Part shown: piece by piece, positions 18,763-29,148 of the stretch | Layout of the letters: every line of letters begins with the position of its first letter | How positions within the stretch are numbered: position 1 is the stretch's first letter | Source of the DNA: Candidatus Yonathbacteria bacterium | GTDB taxonomy: Bacteria; Patescibacteriota; Minisyncoccia; Phycocordibacterales; UBA1550 | Direction: 5' to 3' | NCBI GenBank assembly: GCA_003483855.1 | Contig: DMXP01000005.1 | Location: 29,202 to 93,201 of the forward strand | DNA length: 64,000 nucleotides | Program-made: the position numbers and the translations under genes | Notes under the pieces: generated by a model | What the model was told of the DNA's origin: nothing | What the model saw: only the letters and a program-made list of their open reading frames with translations | The model's database searches: none

Positions 18763-19791
18763 TTACGCCAACGCGTATTTCCCGTCCTTTGTTCTCTTGA
18801 ACATCTTTGGGTCCTGAAGATTTACAAAGACTGTATTTTCTTTTACATAACGCTCTTTGAGTACACGGTCAATGATATCTTTTTTTGCAAGTGGTCCTTC
18901 CTTTTTGAGAACCTTTGCGATTACATCCTTCACAACACCTTTTTCGTAACCCCATGACGATAGAGCATACAGACCGCGACCGACTAGCACAAAACGTTTG
19001 TCTTTTATAAGCTCATTGTGACATGTTGCTACGTGCGCTTTTTTGCCAAAAATCTGAGTGATTGACTTTGCAACCTCTGTAAAGTGCATAGGTGAACCGT
19101 GCTTGCGAATAATAAGGTACGCATAATCGCGCATTCCGCGGGCATTTACATTGTGTGACTCTGTAACACCCCACTCGCCAAGAGGGTTTCTTGCAATTGT
19201 TTTCGAAAGCGCCAACCAACGCTTTGTGATTTCCTCGTTTTTATACTCTTCAGAAACATCCTTGAGGTGACTCAAAAATGCTGCGATGATTTCACTTTCA
19301 GGAACCAAATCCTCATGAGTAAGTGTTTTGTAAAGGTCGCGAATAGCATCATGGACCTTCATAGAAACTTTGTCGTCAACGATCCAGCGATGGCGAAAAT
19401 TCTCATCCTCTTTTTCACGTTTAAACTGGTCACCGAGAACAAGCAAAAAATACAGGTGGTTCTGCGTACCTTCGTCCTTAGATATATGCATCAAAAAATC
19501 TTCCTCGCACACGACTCCGCCCAATGACACTACTAGCTTATTCAATTCTTCAAATACGTCCGCTTCCTTTTTGAACGCGTCGGATTTCTTGATGGCGCCC
19601 AAAGCAAAGTTTTCAATCTGGCGAACGCGCTCGCGTGTTATACCATATGATTTGCCTATACCCTCAAGTGTCATACGATCGGTACTTTCACCCAAACCGT
19701 AGCGCCTTATCATCATATCAAGGGCGCGAGGCGAAAGAGAAGCGAGTAATCGTTTTACGACTTGTTTTGGCTTAAATGTTATGGCTGACAT
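18763..19791 (-). CDS. sigma-70 region-4-like HTH protein with extended C-terminal domain
   Basis: N-terminus RRYGLGESTDRMTLEGIGKSYGITRERVRQIENFALGAIKK is a sigma-70 region 4 HTH. The remaining ~260 aa are unassigned. Confidence 0.6.
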   Translation of the reverse strand: MSAITFKPKQVVKRLLASLSPRALDMMIRRYGLGESTDRMTLEGIGKSYGITRERVRQIENFALGAIKKSDAFKKEADVFEELNKLVVSLGGVVCEEDFLMHISKDEGTQNHLYFLLVLGDQFKREKEDENFRHRWIVDDKVSMKVHDAIRDLYKTLTHEDLVPESEIIAAFLSHLKDVSEEYKNEEITKRWLALSKTIARNPLGEWGVTESHNVNARGMRDYAYLIIRKHGSPMHFTEVAKSITQIFGKKAHVATCHNELIKDKRFVLVGRGLYALSSWGYEKGVVKDVIAKVLKKEGPLAKKDIIDRVLKERYVKENTVFVNLQDPKMFKRTKDGKYALA

Positions 19792-19878
19792 ATGTAATGA
19801 CTATTAAAATATCTTGTTAATTAATTTTCTCGCACAAAGTAAACCCTTTATATCATCAAAGGGGTTATGAGTCAACCC

Positions 19879-22275
19879 CTAGTCGCCAACCACAATATTG
19901 ATAAGTCTTCCTTTTACATAAATAATCTTTCTTATAGTATTGCCACCCACCCATTTAACGATTGCTGGACGCGCAAGAGCAAACTCTTTTACACCCTCCT
20001 CTGATGCATTCACAGACACAACTATAGTGTCGCGGAGCTTTCCACCGACCTGAATGGCAATAGTAACCTCATTCGCCACGCATTTAGACGCGTCAAAAAC
20101 AGGCCATTTTGCTAGGTGGATTGACTCCTTGTTCCCCACTTCATGCCATAGCTCCTCTGTGATGTGCGGAGCAAATGGAGCAAGGAGCAGAAGAAGATTC
20201 TCATACACACTCTTTGGAATCGCTTCAAGCTTCTCTATTTCATTTACCAAAATCATCATCGCAGAAATGACTGTATTGAAACTAAACTCTTCAATATCCT
20301 CCCCGACTTTTTGAATTGTTTTGTGAACAATCGCTTCGTCTTTTAGTTCTGCATTGTTTGAAACCTTTTCCTTCAATTTCCACACCCGTTCCAAAAAACG
20401 TCGCGGACCTATGATTGTTGCTGAATTCCACGCCTTCATATCCTCAAGAGGTCCTAGAAACATTTCATGGAGACGTAGTGTGTCCGCTCCGTATTCAAAA
20501 ACTATGTCGTTCGGGTTAATCACATTCCCAAGCGACTTTGACATTTTTCGCCCATCCTCTGCGAGAATCATTCCTTGGTGGCGAAGCTTCATAAATGGCT
20601 CATCAAAATTAATATAGCCAAGTTTTTTTAGAACTTTTGTAAAAAATCTTGCATACATAAGGTGAAGCACGGTGTGCTCTGCTCCCCCCATATACATATC
20701 TACAGGAAGCCACTTTTCAATTGCTTCGTGTGAAGCGAATTCTATATTATTTTTTGGGTCGGCGAAACGTAAATAGTACCAACTTGAACAAACAAAAGTG
20801 TCCATAGTGTCTGCTTCACGTCGCGCAGGTTTTTTACACTTTGGGCAAGCAACATCATTAAATGTCTTTGAGTATTTGAGTGGGGATTCTCCTGTTGGAC
20901 GAAAATCAACATCCGTAGGAAGGAGCACTGGGAGGTCTTCTTCGGGCACTGACACTTCGCCGCATTCGTCGCAATAAATAATCGGTATTGGCGCGCCCCA
21001 ATAGCGCTGTCTCGACACAAGCCAATCACGCAAACGATAATTTACTTTTTTAAAACCCAACTTTTTTGATTCGAGCCACTCAGACATTTTCGCGCGGGCT
21101 TCCTCGGATAAGAGTCCGTCAAATTCCCCAGAATTGATGAGTATGCCATCCTTTATGTATGCTTCTACTCCGCCAAAACCATCAATCGACGGCAAGATTG
21201 ACAGGTTGTATTTTTTAGCAAACTCAAAATCGCGTTCATCGTGTGCTGGGACTGCCATCACTGCTCCTGTGCCGTAGTTACTAAGCACATAATCAGCAAT
21301 AAACACTGGCACAGGTTCATTAGTAAATGGGTTAACCGCAGAAATCCCCTCAAACTTTACTCCTGTTTTTTCTTTCGCGAGTTCTGTGCGCTCAAGTTCA
21401 GTCTTTTTACTGGTTTCTTTAATATACGCATCAATTTCATCGTTATTTTTAGTAGTTGCGCGGAGTTTTTGGATAAGCGGGTGTTCTGGCGCCAGAACCA
21501 CATACGTCATTCCAAACACAGTGTCGATGCGAGTCGTGTATACAGCAATTGATTCATTTACATCTGAAATTTCCATCTTGAACTCTACACCCTCGCTTCT
21601 GCCAATCCAGTTTCGCTGAGCAGAGATTGTAGACGAAGGCCAATCAACTTTACTGAGATCATCAATGAGCTCATCTGCATAATCTGTAATTTTAAAAAAC
21701 CACTGCTCCAAATCTTTTTGTATAACTTCATTTTTACATCTTTCACAAATACCGTTCTCGGCCTGCTCGTTTGCAAGAACAGTTTTACATGATTCGCACC
21801 AATTTACCTTCGCCTTCTTTTTGTATGCAAGACCATTTTTGTAAAGAAGCAAGAAAAACCACTGTGTCCATCGATAATACTCAGGCGATGACGTATCAAT
21901 CTCGCGCGACCAGTCAGATGAAAAACCGAGACTCTTCATCTGACCAATAAAGTTTTTGATATTCTTATGTGTACTTATGTCAGGATGAATACCTGTTTTG
22001 ATAGCATAATTTTCCGCAGGCAAACCAAAAGCATCCCAGCCAATCGTGTGCATCACATTAAACCCCTTCATCCGCAAATAACGCGAATAGATGCATGTTG
22101 CAGTGTAGTTTTCTACATGCCCAAGGTGCAACCCATCTCCCGATGGATACGGAAACATATCCAGCACGTATTTTTTGGGCTTGTTGGAGTTATTGTCAGC
22201 CTGATACATCCCAGCCGACTCCCATTCAGCCTGCCACTTTTTCTCTATTTTAATATGGTCGTACTTTTCAGACAT
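19879..22275 (-). CDS. leuS: leucine--tRNA ligase
   Basis: PYPSGDGLHLGHVENYTATCIYSRYLRMKGFNV (HIGH), ...KMSKSLGNV (KMSKS), and an editing domain. Start trimmed to MSEKYDHIK. Confidence 0.93.
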   Translation of the reverse strand: MSEKYDHIKIEKKWQAEWESAGMYQADNNSNKPKKYVLDMFPYPSGDGLHLGHVENYTATCIYSRYLRMKGFNVMHTIGWDAFGLPAENYAIKTGIHPDISTHKNIKNFIGQMKSLGFSSDWSREIDTSSPEYYRWTQWFFLLLYKNGLAYKKKAKVNWCESCKTVLANEQAENGICERCKNEVIQKDLEQWFFKITDYADELIDDLSKVDWPSSTISAQRNWIGRSEGVEFKMEISDVNESIAVYTTRIDTVFGMTYVVLAPEHPLIQKLRATTKNNDEIDAYIKETSKKTELERTELAKEKTGVKFEGISAVNPFTNEPVPVFIADYVLSNYGTGAVMAVPAHDERDFEFAKKYNLSILPSIDGFGGVEAYIKDGILINSGEFDGLLSEEARAKMSEWLESKKLGFKKVNYRLRDWLVSRQRYWGAPIPIIYCDECGEVSVPEEDLPVLLPTDVDFRPTGESPLKYSKTFNDVACPKCKKPARREADTMDTFVCSSWYYLRFADPKNNIEFASHEAIEKWLPVDMYMGGAEHTVLHLMYARFFTKVLKKLGYINFDEPFMKLRHQGMILAEDGRKMSKSLGNVINPNDIVFEYGADTLRLHEMFLGPLEDMKAWNSATIIGPRRFLERVWKLKEKVSNNAELKDEAIVHKTIQKVGEDIEEFSFNTVISAMMILVNEIEKLEAIPKSVYENLLLLLAPFAPHITEELWHEVGNKESIHLAKWPVFDASKCVANEVTIAIQVGGKLRDTIVVSVNASEEGVKEFALARPAIVKWVGGNTIRKIIYVKGRLINIVVGD

Positions 22276-22341
22276 TAGACCCATTGTAGCAAAACACGCG
22301 CCGAGCACCAATATTGGTGCTCGGCGGGGGTTTGAAGTACA

Positions 22342-23310
22342 TTATCTGACAGGAGCAGGTTTTACTATAGTGTTGATCATCGGATATAGCTCTGGATCAA
22401 GAGTGCGGTCGAAACAGACTCTCCCTGCTTCGTGTTGCCAGTTTTCATTTGTTGAAGTTTTATACACAGAAACAGGGCGGGCAAAATTCTCTACGGCCAT
22501 ACCTTCTGGGGTTTCCTTGCTAAATGTTGCGCATAGTTGGAATGAATACTTTCCCTTAACAAGGTACTCATATTGCGCTTTTGTGGTTGGGTCAATCGGC
22601 ATTACAAAACCGCTCAATGGATCCTTGATGTCATCCAACACTGCTGGAAGTTTTTGTTTCGCCTGCCAATAATAAATTATTTGATTTTGAATTGTTTGCA
22701 AACCATCCAGCCTGCTAGCGTCAAAACGCTTTTCCTTTTGCGCATAAGGCGAACCCATCACAAAAAATCCTACTACTACGGCAAGTATTACAAACACGCC
22801 CGACCCATAGGCAAAACGTTGACGCATACCAGCGCTTTCAGAAGACAAATGACGCATATCATAAAAGTAGTACCCGAACACTGATGAAAGCACGAGAATT
22901 ATAGAAATTACTTTGAGAGCAAAAGCGATCGTGATTTCCTGACCGGCAAAAAACGTTTGCAAAAGAACAATGAGATCTACCGCTATCATCGCGCCAGCAA
23001 TAAAAAGTGTGAGGTACACAAGCCATTTGCGCACCGACAACTCCCGTTTCTCTGGAAACTCGGATTCCGCGCGCGACGTGATTCGCATAAAAAGAATGTG
23101 GAGCGGGAACGCAACGATGAGCATCGCTATAGCCAAAGACACACCGCCAGCGTATGGATCAACATACTCAAAAGGTTTTGGATAAAGCTGGTTAATAACT
23201 TCAAATAAAAGTGTCAGAATGCTGGCAACACTGATATATAGTGTTACGATTGCGCCGAAATAGAGAAAGAAGTCCTTTGGCGAGGTTCTAGGTTTTTGCG
23301 TGTTTTCCAT
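22342..23310 (-). CDS. hypothetical polytopic membrane protein with C-terminal soluble domain
   Basis: Five to six TM helices followed by about 150 aa soluble region. No recognisable domain. Confidence 0.55.
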   Translation of the reverse strand: MENTQKPRTSPKDFFLYFGAIVTLYISVASILTLLFEVINQLYPKPFEYVDPYAGGVSLAIAMLIVAFPLHILFMRITSRAESEFPEKRELSVRKWLVYLTLFIAGAMIAVDLIVLLQTFFAGQEITIAFALKVISIILVLSSVFGYYFYDMRHLSSESAGMRQRFAYGSGVFVILAVVVGFFVMGSPYAQKEKRFDASRLDGLQTIQNQIIYYWQAKQKLPAVLDDIKDPLSGFVMPIDPTTKAQYEYLVKGKYSFQLCATFSKETPEGMAVENFARPVSVYKTSTNENWQHEAGRVCFDRTLDPELYPMINTIVKPAPVR

Positions 23311-23385
23311 ACAAGTAATTGTACCTCGGCGATGGACAATTGACAATTGTTATTAGTTGGTCTTTTTGTGATAGAATGAATATCA

Positions 23386-23814
23386 ATGGAAGCGCGGAAA
23401 AAGAAGATTCTACTAATAGACGATAACGAAATTGTTCGTTTGATGTTTTCAAATGTTTTTTGGCTTCACGGACTAGACGACAAATACGAGTTAAACACTG
23501 TCGGGACCATAGACGAGGCGTTTGTTTTCATAGACAACCCATCTACTCGCCCAGACATTATCTTTACAGGACTTGTTATGCCATTTATAAAGGACGGCAA
23601 AAAAGAAACGAGCGCTGAGGCAGGATTTTCACTTCTTAATCGCGTAAAAAATAATCCTGAGACTCAGGCAATTCGTGTCGTAGTTTTTTCTGGATACAAC
23701 GAGGAAGAATACCGCGCGCAAGCGATGTCCCTTGGCGCAGAGATGTACCTACAAAAAGGTGAGAATATGCCACAGGATCTTATTGGGATTATCAAGTCAT
23801 TTGACACACCGTAA
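23386..23814 (+). CDS. response-regulator receiver-like protein lacking the phospho-acceptor Asp
   Basis: KKILLIDDNEIVRLMF and the conserved Lys region are present. At the usual D-x-x-x-P position the sequence reads PDIIFTGLVMP, with T/G in place of Asp. Confidence 0.75.
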   Translation: MEARKKKILLIDDNEIVRLMFSNVFWLHGLDDKYELNTVGTIDEAFVFIDNPSTRPDIIFTGLVMPFIKDGKKETSAEAGFSLLNRVKNNPETQAIRVVVFSGYNEEEYRAQAMSLGAEMYLQKGENMPQDLIGIIKSFDTP

Positions 23815-23816
23815 TC

Positions 23817-25118
23817 ATGAGCGCGCCACTTGTAAAACTTGAAGGTATAAACTTCTACTACAATCGTGGGAAGCCTTCTGAAGTGCACGCATTGAAGGAC
23901 ATCAATCTTGAAATTGAACGCGGAGGATATGTAGCTTTTTTTGGGCCATCTGGATGCGGAAAAACTACACTCACCTATTTGATTGGCGGTATAGAAACAG
24001 AAAACACGGACGAGGGACACATTCTCATAAACGGACGCGACCTTCGTGGACTTTCTAAAAAAGAGCTCGCTGTTTACCGTCAAGTCGGTGTTGGTATTAT
24101 TTTTCAACAATTCAACCTTCTCCCTTCTCTGACAGTTTTAGACAATGTAGCACTTCCCATGGCATTCCTTGGCATTAGTGTTGATCGTCGTAGAAAAGAG
24201 GCGATGAAACTACTGGATAGATTCTCTATGACAAGCAAAGCAGACCGTTTTCCATCGGAGCTTTCAGGCGGGCAACAGCAACGCGTAAGTATCGCGCGCG
24301 CGCTCGCAAACAACCCCCCTCTAATTATCGCGGACGAACCTCTCGGTAATTTGGACTCTGAAAACGCAAACAAGGCACTTGAATTTTTAAAAGAGCTTAA
24401 TGAAAAAGATGGACGCACCATTATCATGGTTACACACGAATCATGGAGCTTACGTGATGCAAAAACAATTTTCTACCTAAAGGATGGCGAATTGATCAGA
24501 AAAGAACAGCCAGAAAAAAAGAAAGAGGCTCAAAAGAAACTTTCAGAACATTTGTATCACAACCTTTTCCCCGATGTAACGCCTGAGAGGCTAATGGCGC
24601 GTTCACTTTCGTATATGCTTATGCGCGGGTTCTCGGGAGACGAGATTAAACGCTTTGAGATGTTCCTCGCAAAAAGACTTGCGGGAGAGATAGACACACC
24701 AACATTTATTGATTTTCTCGATAGCCCATACAAAGAAGGAGGGGTTGGCCTATGGAAGCAACGCGCAATCGCAATCGCAAAAACAGTGGAGGACATTGTA
24801 GAAAAAAGGAAGACAGTTGAGGATGTTTACACGGACCTACAAAAAGATCCTGAGACACCTCTCTATGAAGCAGTTTCAAAAATGCGTTCATGGCTATTAG
24901 AAGACTACAAGGGCATACTTTCAGACATTCAAATCGTGCGATTTGATGAGGCAGTTGAGGACCGCTTCAGAAACATCATCAGTCCGGAAAACTTCCGCCA
25001 GGTGCTAGAGCTTCCACGAGTAGACTTTGGAGTTGGTCTCGCGCCAGGAACAGTGAGAACAATTTCAGAAAAGCTTGAAACAATTCTCACCGGCAAGAAC
25101 CTGCAAGTATTTCATTAA
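23817..25118 (+). CDS. ABC transporter ATP-binding protein (MacB/LolD-like) with ~200-aa C-terminal extension
   Basis: GPSGCGKTT (Walker A), LSGGQQQRVSIARAL (signature), IIADEPLGNLD (Walker B). The C-terminal 200 aa are unassigned. Confidence 0.85.
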   Translation: MSAPLVKLEGINFYYNRGKPSEVHALKDINLEIERGGYVAFFGPSGCGKTTLTYLIGGIETENTDEGHILINGRDLRGLSKKELAVYRQVGVGIIFQQFNLLPSLTVLDNVALPMAFLGISVDRRRKEAMKLLDRFSMTSKADRFPSELSGGQQQRVSIARALANNPPLIIADEPLGNLDSENANKALEFLKELNEKDGRTIIMVTHESWSLRDAKTIFYLKDGELIRKEQPEKKKEAQKKLSEHLYHNLFPDVTPERLMARSLSYMLMRGFSGDEIKRFEMFLAKRLAGEIDTPTFIDFLDSPYKEGGVGLWKQRAIAIAKTVEDIVEKRKTVEDVYTDLQKDPETPLYEAVSKMRSWLLEDYKGILSDIQIVRFDEAVEDRFRNIISPENFRQVLELPRVDFGVGLAPGTVRTISEKLETILTGKNLQVFH

Positions 25119-25123
25119 AATAT

Positions 25124-26392
25124 ATGGATCAATTCACTGAAAAAACAGAAGTGCAACAGAAGGTAGCGTCAAAACTTGAAGTAAAGACAGACCACAGTCT
25201 TTCTGCTTGGGACCTGCTCAAACTCTCCCTTCGAGTTTTTCGCACAAAACCAACACGTACTATTTTAACAGTACTTGGTATGTCCGTTGGTATCGGTACT
25301 GTCGTTTTTCTTGTGTCTCTTGGTTATGGGCTTCAATACATTTTAATTGGTAACCTAATTACTAGCGAGGACTCCCTTATGACACTAGAAGCAGCATACC
25401 CAAGCGAAGCTGGAAAAAGTATTGACCTTGAGAAAATGGATGAAATAAAAACAATGGAGGAAGTGGACGCAATAAGCCCTGTCACAGAATTCTCTGGCGA
25501 ACTTTCTATTGCTGGTGGAGCTCCAGGCCTTATCCCTGTGACTCGTGTCGTTCGTTCATCATATTTTAGATATGCAGGAGTTTACCCAGATATTGGAGAT
25601 GTATTTAGCGAGGATAACCCTGGAGCTGTTTTATCAATACAAGCATTGAAACTTCTAGGCCTCAATGTAGATGAATCGATTATTGGGAAAGAGGTTTCTG
25701 GAAAAGTTTATTACCCAAAACAAGACGGAAGCACAGAAGAGGTAATTATTTCTAAACTGCAAATTCGTGGAGTTATTACTGACGAAAATGAACCGCCTCT
25801 TGCGTACATTCCCTACTATTCAGTCTCGAAAGAGCCAACTGCTCTCAAGAGTTTACTCATCAAAGCGCGTAATGTTGACCTTGTTGAACAACTGCGAGAT
25901 AAATTAGATAAAGAAGGTTTCCTCGTGAGCGCGAAAATTGACCTAGTGAATCAAGCGCGAAAAATCACAAACGCTATAACAGTAGTCCTTATGGTTTTTG
26001 GCACAGCCGCTCTTATCGTGTCCGCTATTGGAATGTTCAACACTATGATAGTCGGCTTTCTTGAACGTATTTACGAAGTGGGGGTTATGAAATCCCTCGG
26101 CGCGACAGACGGCGACGTGCAAAACCTGTTCCTTATGGAATCCTTCATCATCGGATTCTTGGGAGGGCTCTCTGGAGTCGCTATCGGTATGGGGGGAGGA
26201 TCAGCCATAAACTTTGTGATGAGTACTCTTTCTCAAAACCTAGGAAGCAAGGCACTTACACTTTTCATCACACCAGCGTGGTTTGCAATTTCAACTATTA
26301 TTCTTTCCTCGTGTATAGGAATTATTTCCGGCGCTTTGCCTGCAAGAAACGCATCCAAGCTCTCACCGAGAGAAGCATTCGTGAGAAAATAA
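25124..26392 (+). CDS. ABC transporter permease (FtsX/MacB-type)
   Basis: N-terminal TM, large periplasmic domain, then three C-terminal TM helices with the FtsX pattern (MKSLGATDGDVQNLF). Confidence 0.8.
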   Translation: MDQFTEKTEVQQKVASKLEVKTDHSLSAWDLLKLSLRVFRTKPTRTILTVLGMSVGIGTVVFLVSLGYGLQYILIGNLITSEDSLMTLEAAYPSEAGKSIDLEKMDEIKTMEEVDAISPVTEFSGELSIAGGAPGLIPVTRVVRSSYFRYAGVYPDIGDVFSEDNPGAVLSIQALKLLGLNVDESIIGKEVSGKVYYPKQDGSTEEVIISKLQIRGVITDENEPPLAYIPYYSVSKEPTALKSLLIKARNVDLVEQLRDKLDKEGFLVSAKIDLVNQARKITNAITVVLMVFGTAALIVSAIGMFNTMIVGFLERIYEVGVMKSLGATDGDVQNLFLMESFIIGFLGGLSGVAIGMGGGSAINFVMSTLSQNLGSKALTLFITPAWFAISTIILSSCIGIISGALPARNASKLSPREAFVRK

Positions 26393-26686
26393 AATCCGCT
26401 CACCATTTCCTTTTCTGTTGCACGCATAATTTTTTGCTAAAAATTTGACTCCAAGAGCGAACCAGCTGATTCGTCTGCTCGCCTCGCCAGGCTGTGCAAG
26501 GCACCAGAAAACGAAACGGCTCGCTCTGAGAAAAATCATGCGGTCGTCTTTTATGCAAAAAACAACCGCATCTGTTTAGGGTCTAAATTGCTCAAGGTGC
26601 GAGGCGTGGAATATTTTTACGCCCAAGACGTACACTCGTACGACGTGGGAGAAAAAATATTCCGCAACAAAGCAGATTGAGATAAC

Positions 26687-27784
26687 TTAGACTCTAAACT
26701 CGATGACGTCGCCGTCGCTGACTATATACTCCTTCCCTTCAATCCTCAGCAACCCCTTCTCCTTTGCATTCGCAAATGATCCCGCATCCAATAAATCCTT
26801 CCAATAAATAACCTCCGCGCGAATAAACTTGTCTTTAAAATCGGTATGGATTGCCATTCCTGCCACTGGCGCTGTGCTCCCCTTTTTAATAGTCCATGCG
26901 CGGGTCTCTTTTTCTCCAGTTGTAAAATATGTTTCAAGCCCGAGCATTTCGTAACCTTTTGTAATGAGGTCATTGATGCCGTCATTTTTTGAGCCAAGTT
27001 CTGCGCGGAACATTTCTTTTTCTTCACCTTCAAATACTGAGAGCTCGTGTTCCACTCCTGCATCCACTACCACATAGTGCGCGCCGAGCGTCTTCAAGTA
27101 TGCGAGAAGTTTTTCAAAACGTTCACCTTTCACTTCATCCAAATTCTTACCGCCAGCTTTTTTGTTAAGCACATATAAAATAGGTTTCATTGTAAGCAGG
27201 TGCATTGCGCGCGCAATGAGCACCTCCTCGTCTGTAAGCGATACCGTACGCGCGAGTTTCCCTTGCACTAACGCATTTGAAATTTTTTGCAAAATATCTT
27301 TTTCTCTTATTGCATCCTTGTCGCCACGCTTCACATCCTTCTCAATATTCGCGAGACGTTTGGTCACTGTTTGTTCGTCGGCAATAATAAGCTCAAGGTT
27401 TATTGTTTCAATATCTGACACAGGGTCAACCTTGCCGTGCACATGTATCACGTTGTCGTCCTCAAAAATGCGCACTACTTCTGCAATGGCATCCGTCTCG
27501 CGAATATTTGAAAGAAACTGATTTCCCAAACCTTCACCTTCACTAGCTCCTTTCACGAGCCCAGCAATATCCACAAACTCCACCGCTGCAGGAATTGTCT
27601 TTTGTGTTTTTGAAAACTCCGCGAGTTTATGCAGGCGCTCGTCAGGCACAGCAACAACACCCACTGATGGGTCTATTGTGCAAAAAGGATAATTCTCCGC
27701 TGGAACAGATTTTTTCGTTAATGCGTTAAAAAGAGTGGACTTGCCGACATTTGGAAGTCCGACGATACCTATTGCGAGTGCCAT
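26687..27784 (-). CDS. ychF: ribosome-binding ATPase YchF
   Basis: [28 protein letters not shown], and a TGS domain at the C-terminus. Confidence 0.9.
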   Translation of the reverse strand: MALAIGIVGLPNVGKSTLFNALTKKSVPAENYPFCTIDPSVGVVAVPDERLHKLAEFSKTQKTIPAAVEFVDIAGLVKGASEGEGLGNQFLSNIRETDAIAEVVRIFEDDNVIHVHGKVDPVSDIETINLELIIADEQTVTKRLANIEKDVKRGDKDAIREKDILQKISNALVQGKLARTVSLTDEEVLIARAMHLLTMKPILYVLNKKAGGKNLDEVKGERFEKLLAYLKTLGAHYVVVDAGVEHELSVFEGEEKEMFRAELGSKNDGINDLITKGYEMLGLETYFTTGEKETRAWTIKKGSTAPVAGMAIHTDFKDKFIRAEVIYWKDLLDAGSFANAKEKGLLRIEGKEYIVSDGDVIEFRV

Positions 27785-27785
27785 A

Positions 27786-28013
27786 TTACTTTTGTAGTAC
27801 TTTCTGGAGCTCCCCCTGATGAGCCCTCATCACTTCCATTGAGGCGGCTTGCTCTGAACGGCCAGCCTTCACCTTGGCCTTTATTTCGTCACCAATCTTT
27901 TTAAAAAGCTCTGTGTTCTTTTCTACAAGCCCGATAATGCGGTCAATTTCTGCCTCTGGAACACCTTTGAGTTGGCGTTTTATAACTTGTTTAAGTAAAA
28001 ATTCTTTTATCAT
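27786..28013 (-). CDS. small helical hypothetical protein
   Basis: 75 aa from MIKEFLLKQV. Its stop is 1 nt before the ychF start, suggesting coupling. Confidence 0.4.
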   Translation of the reverse strand: MIKEFLLKQVIKRQLKGVPEAEIDRIIGLVEKNTELFKKIGDEIKAKVKAGRSEQAASMEVMRAHQGELQKVLQK

Positions 28014-28142
28014 ATCTGACGATATTAGCAGAAAAAAACCGGTTTTACAAACAAAAACTAACAAGAAAAAATCTCAACCCATACTATACACGCATTTGTC
28101 CGATAGTATATTATACGTGTATAGTAGAAAACAGGAGAAAAA

Positions 28143-29144
28143 CTAATGCCCGCTGACTGCGCTGATGCATGCGTTGAACGCCTGCACGCCCGCATTGTAT
28201 GTTGCAACTGCAACTCTGTTTGCCTCTACGAGCGAGTTATATTGTGGCACCAGCGCGTTGTATTCATTTATATATGTATTGTAATTTGGATCATGTTGCG
28301 AAGTCGCATCAAGCAAGGCCTTTTTTGCGTCAAGCTTGGAACGCATGTCCGCTATCGTTGCGCTGGTTGAATCAATCTGAGCTTTGAGTGTTTGATCTGT
28401 TGCTGGACACGCTGACAATGGAAGCCCAAAACTTTGCACGGCGAGCCATGTCATATGACCATCATACATTCCTTTACCAACAGCAACGCCGATCTCCCTA
28501 TAATGCGTATTCAAAATATTCGCGCGATGACCGGGGCTGTTCATCCACGCGGTAACCACTCCAGCGTCGCCCGCAAAATCTCCTAGAGCGAGGTTTTCCC
28601 CTACTGTCACATATGCGTACCCGACAGCCTGAGCCAAGTCCGAAGGACCCACACCAGTTGGCGACACGTGTTCAAAGTATTGTTTTGCAAACATGTCATC
28701 AACCTTCATCTGCGCATCACGATTTAGAAGAGTATTTTCAGTAAGCGCAGGCAGTGCTCCATTTTGCGCTCGTTCTATGTTTGTGCGTTCTATTATTCCT
28801 CGCGCAGTAAGGTCTGTCGCGCTTGTAGTCTGTGTAATTGCCCGAAGTGGACCAGGAGTAACAACAGACTTCTCTACCACTGCCGTTTTTGGTACAAGAC
28901 TGCCGTTTGTCGCAGTTGCGGTTGTCGTTTTTGGTACGACCTTTTTTACTGTTGCTTGCGTGGATGTAGAAACAACTGTTTCTCGGCTTGGCCGTGGACT
29001 TAATTGCTCCTTTTTCGCAACAACTGGCATTTCTTGCGCTATTTCTCTCGGCGCAAAAGTCTCCCCGAGGTACGTGTACGAAAGCGCTCCCGCTCCTATG
29101 AGCGCCAAAATTCCCGCGAGAATTTTTATTATTGATGCCAGCAT
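28143..29144 (-). CDS. CAP/SCP (PR-1-like) domain protein with N-terminal TM anchor
   Basis: C-terminal GENLALGDFAGDAGVVTAWMNSPGHRANILNTHYREIGVAVG matches the bacterial SCP/YkwD pattern. Confidence 0.7.
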   Translation of the reverse strand: MLASIIKILAGILALIGAGALSYTYLGETFAPREIAQEMPVVAKKEQLSPRPSRETVVSTSTQATVKKVVPKTTTATATNGSLVPKTAVVEKSVVTPGPLRAITQTTSATDLTARGIIERTNIERAQNGALPALTENTLLNRDAQMKVDDMFAKQYFEHVSPTGVGPSDLAQAVGYAYVTVGENLALGDFAGDAGVVTAWMNSPGHRANILNTHYREIGVAVGKGMYDGHMTWLAVQSFGLPLSACPATDQTLKAQIDSTSATIADMRSKLDAKKALLDATSQHDPNYNTYINEYNALVPQYNSLVEANRVAVATYNAGVQAFNACISAVSGH

Positions 29145-29148
29145 TGTT

